Below are positions 15,219 to 27,323 of a stretch of DNA of 64,000 nt, piece by piece (the first letter of the stretch is position 1; each line of letters opens with the position of its first letter). The translations under genes and the position numbers were made by a program. The notes beneath the pieces are model-generated. The model searched no databases. It saw only the letters and a program-made list of their open reading frames with translations, and was not told where the DNA came from. Origin of the DNA: Podarcis pityusensis. Taxonomy: Eukaryota. The stretch lies in assembly GCA_964106645.2 (NCBI GenBank), contig OZ067038.1. The stretch is one strand, 5' to 3'.

Positions 15219-15383
15219 CTTTCCTTCAAACCTGGCAGTGCTTCCAAGTGGCACCCGGATATTCCTTGGAGGTAAAGTAAACGCCGGTGCTTCTGTTGGA
15301 GCAGGAGACTTTAGAGAGGAGTGGTCCAGGGTCAAGGTGGCTTTGGAGATCCTAGTAGTCGTTACCAGTTTCACATCCCCCAT
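15219..15383 (-). CDS. MYLK: MYLK first coding exon (55 codons); exon probably begins at 15391
   Basis: MGDVKLVTTTRISKATLTLDHSSLKSPAPTEAPAFTLPPRNIRVPLGSTARFEGK matches the N-terminus of long MLCK (MGDVKLV...TEAPAF.LPPRN...A.FEG). Donor AAG|GTAAGG at 15219/15218. Acceptor tgtttttcatctgcttttaaag at 15393-15392, 8 nt before the ATG. Confidence 0.95.
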
Positions 15384-16779
15384 GTTAAGAGCTTTAAAAG
15401 CAGATGAAAAACAAGGAAGTACAAATGCCAGTTATTACTTCTATAGGGGCACTGTCAAACCACAGAGAAAATTAAATTAAATACCCAAGTCTTATTTATT
15501 TCAGAGGGAGAAGGAAGTAGGATAAAAGCTGAAAACAGGCAATTGTTTCTCAGAACACTGAAGTGTTAAATCTCTTTCATCCAAATCAGTGCAAATTAAA
15601 CGTGCTCAACTTTTGCAGTATTATGCCCAATAAGAAGACATTAAACCTATAGGAAAAAGGACACCATTGCTCTGGAAACCCCTTGGCTGCAAGACCAATG
15701 AGAATTTTTTAAAAAAGAAACCGAACACATAAAATAATTGATCCCTCCTTGTGTGTGAAAAACTGGAGGAATAACCAAGCTAAAGCAACTATGAAATAAT
15801 AACCACAAGAGCTTAATGGGAAAGGGGTGGAGGGGAATCCAGCAACCTGAAAACTACTTGCATCAGTAATAAATAAATACAATCGTCTAGACGAAAAGTG
15901 TGGTTTTAAAGATGGACTGTCTCCATTTATATGGCTTTTCCAGGACAGGACAGACAAGAATTAACTGTACTATAAACAATTTTGCAACAGCAAGCCTCAC
16001 AATGGGGAAGGGAAATGAACCAAAAGCCAAGAATTATGCCTACAGTAGTTGTGCCTTTTCTTCTCACTGATTATACAAACTGATTTCACAAAATGTGATG
16101 GCAAATCATCAGCAAAGGAGTTTCAGAAACAACTATGCAGCTGCATTTGGAAAGCTGCAGATTATTTTTTCTCTGTGATTTTTAATGTCTGCTAGGTCAA
16201 AGTCATAGTGATCCCATACCAACCACTGAATCCCCTTATAAATCTCCACACAATCAAATACAGCTTTTGCCTTGCTGTGGCACTACTCGTCAACAATATG
16301 AATTCTAGACCCCACTGAACCTTGCTCTGACTTGCTTTTTATTCTTGTTGCTCTCAGTCTCATTCAGTCCCTACATCTACTTGTTGGTCCCTCAAGTGTC
16401 TTGCAACAGCTATTTCCAAATTTTAGTAATGCAATTCTTAAATTCTGCACTGACTTCAAGGCTCTCTTGCCTTTTGCAAGCAGGGGAATCTAGGCCTACT
16501 AGAAGAAAGGCTGCTAAAATATTTTTTGATGAAGATTTTCTCCACAGTAAGAGCAGGAGGAATCTCTTTTAAAAAAGGAAAACAGAGGTTAAAATGTTTA
16601 AAACATGCAATACCACACAAATTAAGCTTTTTGGCCACCTGGGTAACTAAGCAGCTGGATATCTACCTGCCAGCAAAGCAGACACCCTTTTTTATTCAGG
16701 TATGTAATGGCCACTGCCCCAAGTGCCTCTAGCAACTTCTTTCATGATTCTCATAGTGGATTAACGATCACTCCCTCTT

Positions 16780-16930
16780 CACAAGGAATCTGGGAACTGT
16801 AGCTCTGTGAGGGGGATAGGGGCCGCAGCACCATTAACAAACTTCAGTTCCCAGAATTCTTTGGTGGAAACCATAACTTTTTAAAAATGGGATCAGTGTT
16901 TTAAATATATGGTGTGTGAATGTGGCCTTC
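16780..16930. mobile_element. Palindromic non-autonomous DNA-transposon-like repeat fragment
   Basis: Inverted arms ctgggaactg / cagttcccag, typical of an abundant squamate short palindromic element. Confidence 0.5.
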
Positions 16931-16964
16931 TCCAGGTGACACTGGGTGTACTGAATGTCAACAT

Positions 16965-17285
16965 CAAGGATGCGGGCCAAATCCAGCCCCCTGAGGCCTC
17001 TCTACCTAGCCCTCAGAGCTCTCCCAAGGCTACCACCCTCTCAAGCCCTGCCTTGTTCCAGTGTGTTTTTGCCTAACTCAAATGTGTCCTTGAACTTTGA
17101 TAATTCTGCTTGCTTGCTTGCTTGGAAGTTAGAAGATGTGTGAGAGTATACAGATTAGCTTACTGCACAAATTTAACATTTATGTTCATTGCTTCATCCA
17201 ATTTTGCCAGTTTTGGCCCTTTGAAGGTTTCCCACAAGGGAATGGGAACCTCGAGCTGAAAACTGTTTTCTACCTCAATACTGTA
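16965..17285 (+). mobile_element. hAT-like non-autonomous element; second copy inverted at 62790-63042
   Basis: Shares aatgtgtccttgaact and a similar gcctctct...gccct...ctctccc segment with the reverse complement of 62.9-63.0 kb. Confidence 0.55.
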
Positions 17286-18128
17286 CAACGTCATTAAAAA
17301 GGGTAAGTGATGAATTTTTAATGAACAAGACTTATGTAACGATTAAAAGAAAAGGTGGGGGTCTCTGGCATGTTACATGTGCAATACTTTCAGAAATGTA
17401 TGTGAAACAGGAAGCGACACATCTGTCCTCATCTGCTGACATTTATAAGGCAATAGCCACGAACACAAAAAATAATCATCAACAACTTTGTGCAGTTTTA
17501 GGCAATTATCAATTTATTAGGGAAAGGACAAAAGCACTAGTTCACAGGGAGGAAAAATGTGGACCTTAAGTCAAGAAATTAATTTCCCTTCTTGTTTTTC
17601 CAGTAAAATAAAAGTCTGAGATCACATTTGGATCCCATTCATGAGACTGTCCCAAGAAAAGTAGACAATCCACTTTGATTTTTTCACACATATAATTGTT
17701 TTCAAAAGTCACAGTACAATTACTAAACATTACCTAGTCTATTCTGCCCTGTGCAGTCACAAAACCTAGAGAACCTATCTGAATGTGCACACACACAACT
17801 ATAGCTCCAATGCTTTTCTCCAAGCTATCGCATGCCTTGTCATGAGGAATGCCAGGGGCTCCACAACCACAGGTTGTTAATGCTAAGTTATTACAGAGGT
17901 GACACTAGGGTGAGGACAAGCATGCTAAAGGCTGGAATGCCGGAATGGGATAGAATCTGGCTTACAGGAAGGAATGCATAAAGGCACCTGGATTCCATTT
18001 TCAAGTTCTCCATGAGCGCTCTGAAATCTAGGTAAAAGATTGCTACCCTCCACCCACCAGCTGCTAACTGAAAAATTCAGTGCATTACCCACACCTGAGA
18101 AAGAAAAATATTTTCATCCATAAGCCTA

Positions 18129-18465
18129 AAGGTAAAGGGACCCCTGACCATTAGGTCCAGTTGTGGCCAACTCTGGGGTTGCGGTGCTCATCTCGCTTTA
18201 TTGGCCGAGGGAGCTTCCAGGTCATGTGGCCAGCATGACTAAGCCGCTTCTGGCAAACCAGAGCAGCACACGGAAACACCGTTCACCTTCCCGCCAGAGC
18301 AGTACCTATTTATCTACTTGCACTTCGTGCTTTTGAACTGCTAGGTTGGCAGGAGCAGGGACCGAGCAACGGGAGCTCACCCCGCCGCGGGGATTCAAAC
18401 TGCCAACCTTCCAATTGGCAAGTCCCAGGCTCTGTGGTTTAACCCACAGCACCACCTGCGTCCCT
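18129..18465 (-). mobile_element. Sauria SINE (Squam1), small internal deletion
   Basis: tRNA-like head GGGACGCAGGTGGTGCTGTGGGTTAAACC on the minus strand and a CCTTTACCTTT tail. 13-bp TSD ATCCATAAGCCTA at 18116-18128 and 18466-18478. Confidence 0.92.
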
Positions 18466-19096
18466 ATCCATAAGCCTACCTGTACCCTATAAGCATAGGA
18501 CCTTCAATGGATGAAATATCAGTAATACAACATAAAGGTCTCTTTTAGTGGATAAAAACTCTGGAGTCTTCTGTAATGCATACTCATGTCCATAATTTTA
18601 AAGTAAGAGGGTGAGTGGAACTTCACATGAGAAGGCTTATATTCCAGTCTTCCACTCTGCCATGTCTGTTTTTCTTAATAAATCATATTCCAAGGTTTAG
18701 CCATCCCCAAATATGTAATGCAGTCACTTTCATGACAGCATATCCATCACGGCGGATGTAAAGTGAGATGGAGACTTGCCAAAGGCCTCATGTCTCGTAT
18801 TCCAGTTCCTCTTTTCTTTTTAAGGAATGCTAATCTGTTTTCTTTATTAATTGAAGAGACCCCACAGTTCTATACTATGCTATTATTCCTACTATTCCTA
18901 TTTAAATCAGGAACAATTACTCCTCATTGGCCAAAATAGATGTTATTTTAATAATGATATAAACAGCAGCTGAGTGAGGGGTTTATTTTCAGAAAGAAAA
19001 TGGTATGGGGCGGAAGAGTTAGATCTCCTCTGCTACGGCTGCTTTTGGTAAGGGAAAAGGTGTCAGAAATCCCAAATAAGGTATTCAAATGTGCTA

Positions 19097-19322
19097 CAGT
19101 GGTACCTCGGGTTACATATGCTTCAGGTTACAGACTTCACTAACCCAGAAATAGTACCTCGGGTTAAGAATTTTGCTTCAGGATGAGAACAGAAATCATG
19201 CTCCGGCAGCACGGCGGCAGCAGGAGGCCCCATTAGCTAAAGTGGTGCTTCAGGTTAAGAACAGTTTCAGGTTAAGTACAGACCTCTGGAACGAATTAAG
19301 TACTTAACCCGAGGTACCACTG
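19097..19322. mobile_element. Tc1/mariner MITE, 226 bp
   Basis: TIRs CAGTGGTACCTCGGGTTA / TAACCCGAGGTACCACTG with TA TSD. Same family as 3672-3897. Confidence 0.9.
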
Positions 19323-19639
19323 TACTGAAGTAATTCTTAAGGGAAACTTTAAATGTACATCACCAGTCCAGAACATTCATATTTGCAGTAGACACAGCAG
19401 AGTTACTAAAACCAGGGCACAGTCTCTTAATGCATGTCCAAGGCACATGATGCTGCAGTCATAGTGAAGCTAAGCAGTCTGAACAACTTAGCTGGGACCC
19501 CATGAAGGGTCACCTGGAGTTCTAACGTGGAAGCGTCATAAAATGGGAAATGTAACATGGGTACTAGCCTTTAAAATAAAGAAAATCCAAGAGTAAACTG
19601 CTTCAGAAAATCTAGTTTAAAAGCATCTGACCCCCTATC

Positions 19640-19822
19640 TACTCGGTATTTGATATGGATGGAGAAAGTATGTTTAACCTCCAACAGGTATGGAAAACTG
19701 ATTTGAACATAGAGTTTGAAGATGATGTTTGGAAAGCTTACTGGAATAAACCTATAATCACTACAGCATCTAAACAAATTCAAGAAGGTATGATAAAGGT
19801 TGTCTACAGATGATACACAACG
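19640..19822 (+). mobile_element. L1/Tx1-clade LINE ORF2 C-terminal fragment
   Basis: Translates LQQVWKTDLNIEFEDDVWKAYWNKPIITTASKQIQEGMIKVVYR*YTT, resembling the W..DL......W...W...K..YRWY.T motif of non-mammalian L1 ORF2. Confidence 0.55.
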
Positions 19823-21819
19823 TTCGAAACTCCCATTCTTTTAGGCAGGGAATTTCATTAATGTGAGCAGTTTCTGAGCTCTGGGTGCAGTACTATGCCT
19901 AAGATTTCAGATTAAAACTGGCACTGCTGGAAGGAAAGGAGTACATTTTTCTGGCTCCCCACTTCCAGCCGCAGTTTTGTAGTCTTCAGATGAGGATTAG
20001 ACCTTGTGAAAAATTAACAAACATTTTAGCTGCAGTTCATTCATTTTCAGCTTTGTATTCTTTTTATAAAAAGTGTGTTTAGATACTTGGTTGCAGTGCC
20101 CATAACTTACATTTAAGGTGCCATTTAGCTTCTAGCTTTCATATCTCAATTTCTAACACTGATGGTACATTATGCCTGTACGCATAATGTACCATCAGTA
20201 CATTACTCCACCATTATGCTAGAGAGGTTGCTTAATCCCTGGCACAGATTTACATATGTGGTGGACTTGCTCAAAATTTAATTATGAATCCACAATTGGC
20301 ACTCTTAAACCATTTTTGTTGAAAGCAAGACCCAGGGCCTGCTAGAAAGGAAGTTACAGGGCAATATAAGCAATTTCTGTGAAACGAGAGTGAGTGTGGT
20401 GTGACCACCTTGTATATTTTTCCTGGTATTGAGAAATGTTCCCTATTGCCATTAGAAGCAACAACATAAATGGGTGTAGATGTGTAAAATCAACACTGTA
20501 TGATATCCACAATCAGGACCAGAAAGAAAAATGTAGCTGATGTCCCATAGTAAGCCTTGTGACACACTCAGTGAAGATGGGAGCAGGGCAACATGACTGG
20601 TTTGATTTAATCTTGGCCATTCCCTGCCTAAAACAACAAAGAATTCAGGGATTCTCTACATGTGTTAAGGTAAAATATAAACCCACAAGGACTCTTGATA
20701 GTGAAGCTCCCTGTGACGACTTATTCCCTCATCTAGGTGTAAATTAAAGCTGGGGCATGATGGAAATGAAAACTGTACTTTTATTAAGTAGCACTCAAAG
20801 AGGGATAAAAAGCATGGAAGTGACACAATTAAAGGCACAGTACTTATTTTCTGTCAAAAATGCTGTTTCGGGTTGAAAGAAGAACTTTACTTTTAATTAT
20901 CCACAACAGAAGTGTTTCTATCAAAATTATCTCCTCCTAGAATGGGGCTTTCCACTTTTACTCTTCCTGTAAAAGCACCTCTATCCCCTTTTGGGGACCT
21001 TTTCCTCAGGAAATTAAACAGATTTATCCTGCCTACCAAATCTCTAAGCGTACCTAGCTACTTCCGTAGTCAGGCCCTATCTGCTAGCAAAACTTCCAAT
21101 TTTCTATTTGCCATCCACATTCTTCCCTGGTTGGCCGTTTCTCCTGCCTGTCATAATTTGGTTAATGGTCTCCAGGATGAGAGACCATCACAAGCATACA
21201 GTTGTTGCGGGTGTTGTTTGTTTGTTGTGGCCATAACTCCCACCCCAAAGCAGCTATTTTGGGACAAACGCTCCCACCTTCACAAAATTCATAATACGCC
21301 CACTGTTCCAAACAGACTGACAACCCCTGAACTAGACATTCTTTAAATAGCAGATTATTCCCTCACAGCAGCTCTTTAGATAACCCTGTCTTCAAGCAAA
21401 AACTACATTAACTATAATTACATTGCTGAATATGGCACAACATCCACACAAAAAGATAAAAAATACAGATGCACAACATAATCCTTTCTAAAAAGAACAC
21501 AGATCCTTACAAATTCTCACACTATGAGCCATAATCTTTCTAATACCGAGACAAGCTGAAAACATTTCAAGCATTTTCTGTCAGGAAACTGCAGCCCAGC
21601 CCCACTGCCTTCACACCCTCCCCTCACTTTCGGCCTCTCTACATGCAGAAATAAAGGAAGGAAACGAAAAGATTAAGTCATAACTAGCTGCTCTCACCAT
21701 AAATTTGTGGCAGGAGGTAAATATGTACTGTCGGCTTCCTACATAGCTGTTTGATTACATTAGGTTTCCTTTGCCCCAGTCAGAAAAAGAGGTGAAAGAC
21801 AGAACTTAGATGCAGCCAG

Positions 21820-21948
21820 NNNNNNNNNNNNNNNNNNNNNNNNNNNNNNNNNNNNNNNNNNNNNNNNNNNNNNNNNNNNNNNNNNNNNNNNNNNNNNNNN
21901 NNNNNNNNNNNNNNNNNNNNNNNNNNNNNNNNNNNNNNNNNNNNNNNN
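21820..21948. other. Assembly gap (129 N)
   Basis: Run of N. Confidence 1.
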
Positions 21949-22254
21949 AATGTGGATTTTTGCTGCTGTTTTGTATTGTTCCTTAATAATGGGAAAGAAA
22001 AGCACACTGGTTGTTGCTTGTATATATGTAACTACTGTATTTCACATTTTAAAATGTTGATAACAAAATCCAGTAAGTCCCTGCTTGGCCCAAACATATA
22101 TTAGAAAACTTGGCAAAAATGTTGCTAGAAATTTTATTATCCTGGTTCCTTTACACCCACAAGGTAGGACGACTAGTTGCAAAAGGGACAAGAATACCTC
22201 TACCTTTAACAATGGGAAAGACAAAAGCATTTCAGCTGATTTAGCTTCACTCAC

Positions 22255-22306
22255 CTCTGTATGACAAGCTGCATGCAGCTTTCAGAAATTTCCCACTTCC
22301 ACACAA
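22255..22306 (-). other. Candidate 5' UTR cassette exon of MYLK (52 nt)
   Basis: Acceptor ctcctcctgtacccttacag and donor GAG|GTGAGTG, both near consensus. Not inside a recognised repeat. Confidence 0.35.
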
Positions 22307-25300
22307 CTGTAAGGGTACAGGAGGAGCCTTAGCTTGCCTTGGCTTATTGAGAGAGCCAGCGTAATCTGCTCAGCTGCAGAGCACAAAGGAATCAAGTGCT
22401 CTGAGATTAGAAGATATCTGGAGGGGTGGCCCATCCCATTTAGCTACCAAAGGCAAAACAGGAAATGCTGCCTTCTGCTCCCCCACTGTATCCCCCCACT
22501 TCTGACAGTCACACCCCAGTTCTTGCTGAGCTTGCATGGGAGTCAGGGTGCCCCTCAGAGCACTGCTGCCCACTAGGCTTCTCTGCCCATGGGTAGGGGA
22601 GACGAACGGCAACACCGCACATCTCCCCCTTGGTGGTGGAGCGATGCCTTTGCACTTCTGCCATCTGAGGTGGGCACTTCATCCTGCCTTATGTGTGTGC
22701 CATCTCTACTAATCTGACTCCACCCTCTGACTCTTAAAGAAGCATCCGTTCCCCAATTAGGCTTGCCAGTAAATATATCATTCTTAAAAGATGCACTTTT
22801 AAACATTTGCCTCATAAAAAGTACCCCGATACTACACATTGTAAATGATTCCAGGCTCTCTTTTGAGGCATACCAAACGCCCATCTTCTCTCTGCCGCAA
22901 TCCCTTCTTAGCACACTTCTTTATGCTAATCAGCCAAACAATTAAGTGTTGCACTACTTTAGGTAAGGTCAAATGACTGCCACCTGGTGCATTGTCCGCC
23001 TAAGCTCTATTTTGTACAGCTCTACTAGGATTAGTAACAAGGAAAGGCTCCCCTCGCAAAACTTGTGTGGTTTATTACAGTGCAACCTCAAGAAAGCCAC
23101 CTTCTTTCCCTCCCTCTGGACTGCAATATAAAATGTCATTAAGAACATTTACTACTAGAGTTGCTAGCTATAACCTGGAGATTTGTCTTTTATCTATAAA
23201 ACTGCTGCTGAATCAAGGGACACAACAATCTCTCAATTATTTTTCCTCAGCTCTTCAACATGCCAGATTCATACATAGATTTAGAGGGATAGGAAGAATC
23301 TCCAAGTTGCAACACTATTAACCACTTCAGAGGTTTTTATGGAGCTATAGCAGAAGAATTTACAACTTGCTTTCGAGTAACATGTCTGTAAGGAAGGTGC
23401 AACGCCATAACACATCCTGCCAGTGTTAGGGTGACAGCCTTGTGGAAATACATATTTATTTATTTTTCAAAAAAAATAAAGGAATTATATAGCTGACAAG
23501 TAATAATAAAAGTTGTAGGAAGGGCCTTGAAAGCATGTTTTCATCCATGTTTGTAAAAACTCAGAATGAAGCAAGTTAAGTAGTCTTTGGTGCAATTTCA
23601 GGGCCCTTGTTAGGAATCGACCATTATACATACAGATGTATGCACTGTATTATAATCTTTCTAAGAATATAGTGGTCTCGTGCACAGACCCCATCACTCT
23701 TCAGAGAGCAGAGTTGTAGTCTAGGAATGCAGCTATACATACCTGTCAATTCCGTGCTTTGGCAGAGACACAGCTGATTTTAAAAGTAGCCTTGTGCCAA
23801 GTCTATCAGGCGCCACCACTCTTTTCATCTCCAATTTTCAATTTTAGATACCATTTTTTAACATGGCTGCACATGCACAGACTTTTTTTAAAAAAGAAAA
23901 TAAATGTAGGTAAACAAAGGTGGTTATACCCAATAGGGCTGAAGAGCAACAGAACGCATTCTTTGTGTTTCTAATTGGAAACCGTGGCGGGTATGGCTAC
24001 ACTGCCCATGGCTTCCTAAAGAACGTATTTTCTTGCTCAATCTTATGTTGTAATTGTATTCCCTGGGAGTAAGTTTTATTGAATTCAAGGACTTACTTCT
24101 GAGTAGACAATGACATGCATAAGAACTCCACTATTAATATCTCTCTGCCAAGCCTGAAGAGGTTAAGATATTGCTGGATTTTTAAGTGCAAATTACATGG
24201 ATGTATTAATGTTGATTAAACCACTGAGTTCTACATATAGGGCAAAGTAGGTCCACTGAAATTATTGGGCCTACTTAGTCATGTTCATTCATTTCAATGG
24301 GTCTATTCCAAATAACACTTAGGGCTCATCCACACTTTGCTCCATGTTTCTAGGCACAGGTCTGGGCTTTCCATGTCCGTGTCCAAGCGCTTTTCTTTTC
24401 CCTGCCACTTCCCCCATGAAAGCAAACAGCAAGTCAAAGAAAACCTGAATGGCTGTTTGCTCCAATTCAGTGGTGCAGATTGGGTTTCCTGGGGAAAGTG
24501 GCAGGGCAAAAAGAAAAAGAAAAAGCTCTTGGACAAGGACTGGGAAAGTGTGGGCCTGTGCCTGGGAAGCACAGGGCAAAAAGGAAGTGGGGGTGAGCCT
24601 TTAGCTGTAAATGAATTTTAAACCAGGACATCCTTGCATGCCTAATCTGAAACAGCAGATTAGGAAGTAGCAAATCAAGTATTGACCAAAGAGGAGGAAA
24701 AAAGTACAGCTGTAAGCTTTAAAATAATTTTTAAAAGAGCAGATAAAATGTGAAGCACACAGCACATTTTTAAGGCAATCTTCTATACTCAAGAGCTATT
24801 TTATAAAAGCAGAATGGAAATTGAAACAAGTGGGAGATCCATATGGTAAGCAGAACATGAGAATCCAGAGGAAAGTGAGGAGGGAATCGTAGGCATTTGT
24901 GGTGGCAAATACTCCAGCTGCATCAGAAACATATGTTATGATTCTACACCATGACAGAAGGAGGAAACAATCTGGAGATGTTACAGGGCAATTTAAGTCT
25001 TAGTGATTATGCCGGATGTCCCATCTTATAACACATAGAATTTATTCTTAACTAAGGAAAGACCCATTGAATACACACTGCTGGTTTTGGTTCTGTGTAG
25101 CTTCAGTCCTCCTTCTCCCAATACCATTTACCAGTTCCAGACTGCCTCCCTTCATGCAGTCTTTCCCAAGCAAACACCTGAGTTTCATGGGAAACTTTGC
25201 ATTGGTTCCTTTTGTCTCACCACAAAGTTAGATGTCATTTGAGATGGGATGGAAAATAGGCAACATTCCTTCAGTGCATTAATTTCTGCTTGTTGGTTAC

Positions 25301-25469
25301 AGCAGCTATCTTGCTACCATTATGGTAGATTACTGTCATTCTCATTTTTACAGACCAGAAACTGAGGTTTAGGGTGCTTCTGGACTAAGCAAGGTGCATG
25401 ATTTCTCAAAAGTAAGGCCACAGAGATCAGTGTGATTAACTATAAAGGGAGAGTGGGAGAATCTCAATT

Positions 25470-25815
25470 TCAGGTTATCTCATTTTCCAGTCTTTGCATT
25501 AAAAAAAAAAATCCTCACGAAAATTTATCAGCATTTTAGTGTGAGTTTCCCCTAATACACATTTTTCTATGCAATTTGCCCTGATATCACATTTTTGCAA
25601 AGCAATTTCCCCTAATTTAATGCAATTTTGTATATTATTTCCACTAATATATGAACACCTTACGGCGATTATAAGCATTTCTGTACATATTCCTTCGCTG
25701 GAGAACTGCATTGCAAAATTCAAAGAAGTGTGAATTTCAAAAGATGGCTGTGTTTCAGAGTATGAATTAGGTTAGCCTTGCCTTTGAGTGGAAACAAATT
25801 GAATTTCTCCTCCAT
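25470..25815. mobile_element. AT-rich squamate interspersed repeat (probable non-autonomous DNA element)
   Basis: Recurring tttcccctaat / cacatttttg / gcaattt motifs. Family recognised only loosely. Confidence 0.4.
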
Positions 25816-27257
25816 CAGGTACATGTTTTCTGTGGCAATTCCACTCACACTTATTTTGAAGTAAGCCCTGGAGAACCTATTCCAAGTAAATGTGCGGAGA
25901 ATTGAGCCATAGGTTCCTCAGCATAGTAGCTGAAAACCTGGTAGTAAAATAGGCAATATCTTAAAGAAATAGTACCTGTCATGACAGCAGTTTGGGAGCT
26001 ATTGCTAGAATGGTAGAAATGAACTAAAAGCAAGCAGCACAGTTGACCTGACTTGTTCAGGCATATAAAGCCATCAAACACCAGTTTTATATCTCTTTAA
26101 CCATCAGAGTCTCTCCCAAAGTCTACTGGAAATTGTTAGTTGAGTGAAATGCGAAGTTTCCTAGGACAAGGGAATGACTATGAAACTAGCTTTAGTCTCT
26201 TGTGCAGATATGCTTTGGATGCCTAGCATGTGTCTCAACATATTGGTTAAAAGAAAAAAGCACTGAGATTACTAAGGAAATCACACCTCTGGAAGTCCCT
26301 TTGAAGAAAGCAACAACAACAACAAAAAAGAAGCCTCGCTAAACAAAATAAGTGAACTTAAGGCTCTTTGGCTCAAAAATAATGCTATGTGTTGTAGACA
26401 CTTAGGGTGGCCAAATGAAAAAGAGGTCAGCACTCCTGCACTGTTAACTAATATGCTGCCATTTCAGCAGGTGTAGCTTGCACAACCACTGTTAAAGGTG
26501 CAGGGATCCTGTCTCTTCATCAGCTGCCTTCCCTAGACAGAATGGACTTTGCAGGGCTGCATGAGTCCCAAAGGATGTGACAAACCAAATTCTCCAGTGG
26601 ACAGGCCAGCTGGTTTCACAGTGAGTACACATGCAGGTGCAATAAAGGATAGGAGTGAAACGGGTAAAACTAACCCACAGATTCTTTACCTCTCCACAGG
26701 CACTCTCTCTTTTCTCCCCAACCAAAAACACTTCTTGTACTAAAGCTGTGTGTGAAATATTGCAGGGAGGATTCTACTCTCCTCACCCATGTTGCTTTAA
26801 AAAATGCATCTCCTGCTTCTTCTCCCTCCAAGGATTGGGATATATTAATGTCTAATGCTCAGATTTGTTGCCTTCCCATATAGTTCTGTCCTGACAGCTG
26901 GGGTGCAAACTGAGAACATTTAAATTCCAACTACACTATGTTAAGCCCAGTTGTTGTGTACAGACATGTAATGTCTGCAACTGCAAGCATCTCACTGCGA
27001 TTTTTCATTATTGTAGAGAAAACTCACAAAGCAGGAACAACCTAAGTTTTGCTAAATCTCCTTATTATAAAGGCATCCACCTAGAAAATATAATCCAACT
27101 CCTTAAAAAATCAACAATTATTTTACCGTAAATGTCAGTTGCATGTTGTCTGAATATCTGATTTTAGAGAACTAACCCTCAACACAGGATCTTTTGCTTG
27201 GAGTTTGGAGCCTTACAGCAATTCTGTAATTCACCCAATATGACTACTTGCACTTAC

Positions 27258-27323
27258 CTCCATGTGCCATTACCCAGTTCATCTTGGGAAAAGATTCTTT
27301 GTCAGGATATTGTGTGATCTCAG
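27258..27323 (-). other. Candidate 5' exon of MYLK (66 nt) with an ATG in frame with the main ATG
   Basis: Acceptor cctccccttttcttaaatatag and consensus donor GAG|GTAAGTG. ATG at 27282 reads MNWVMAHG plus 1 nt. Confidence 0.35.
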
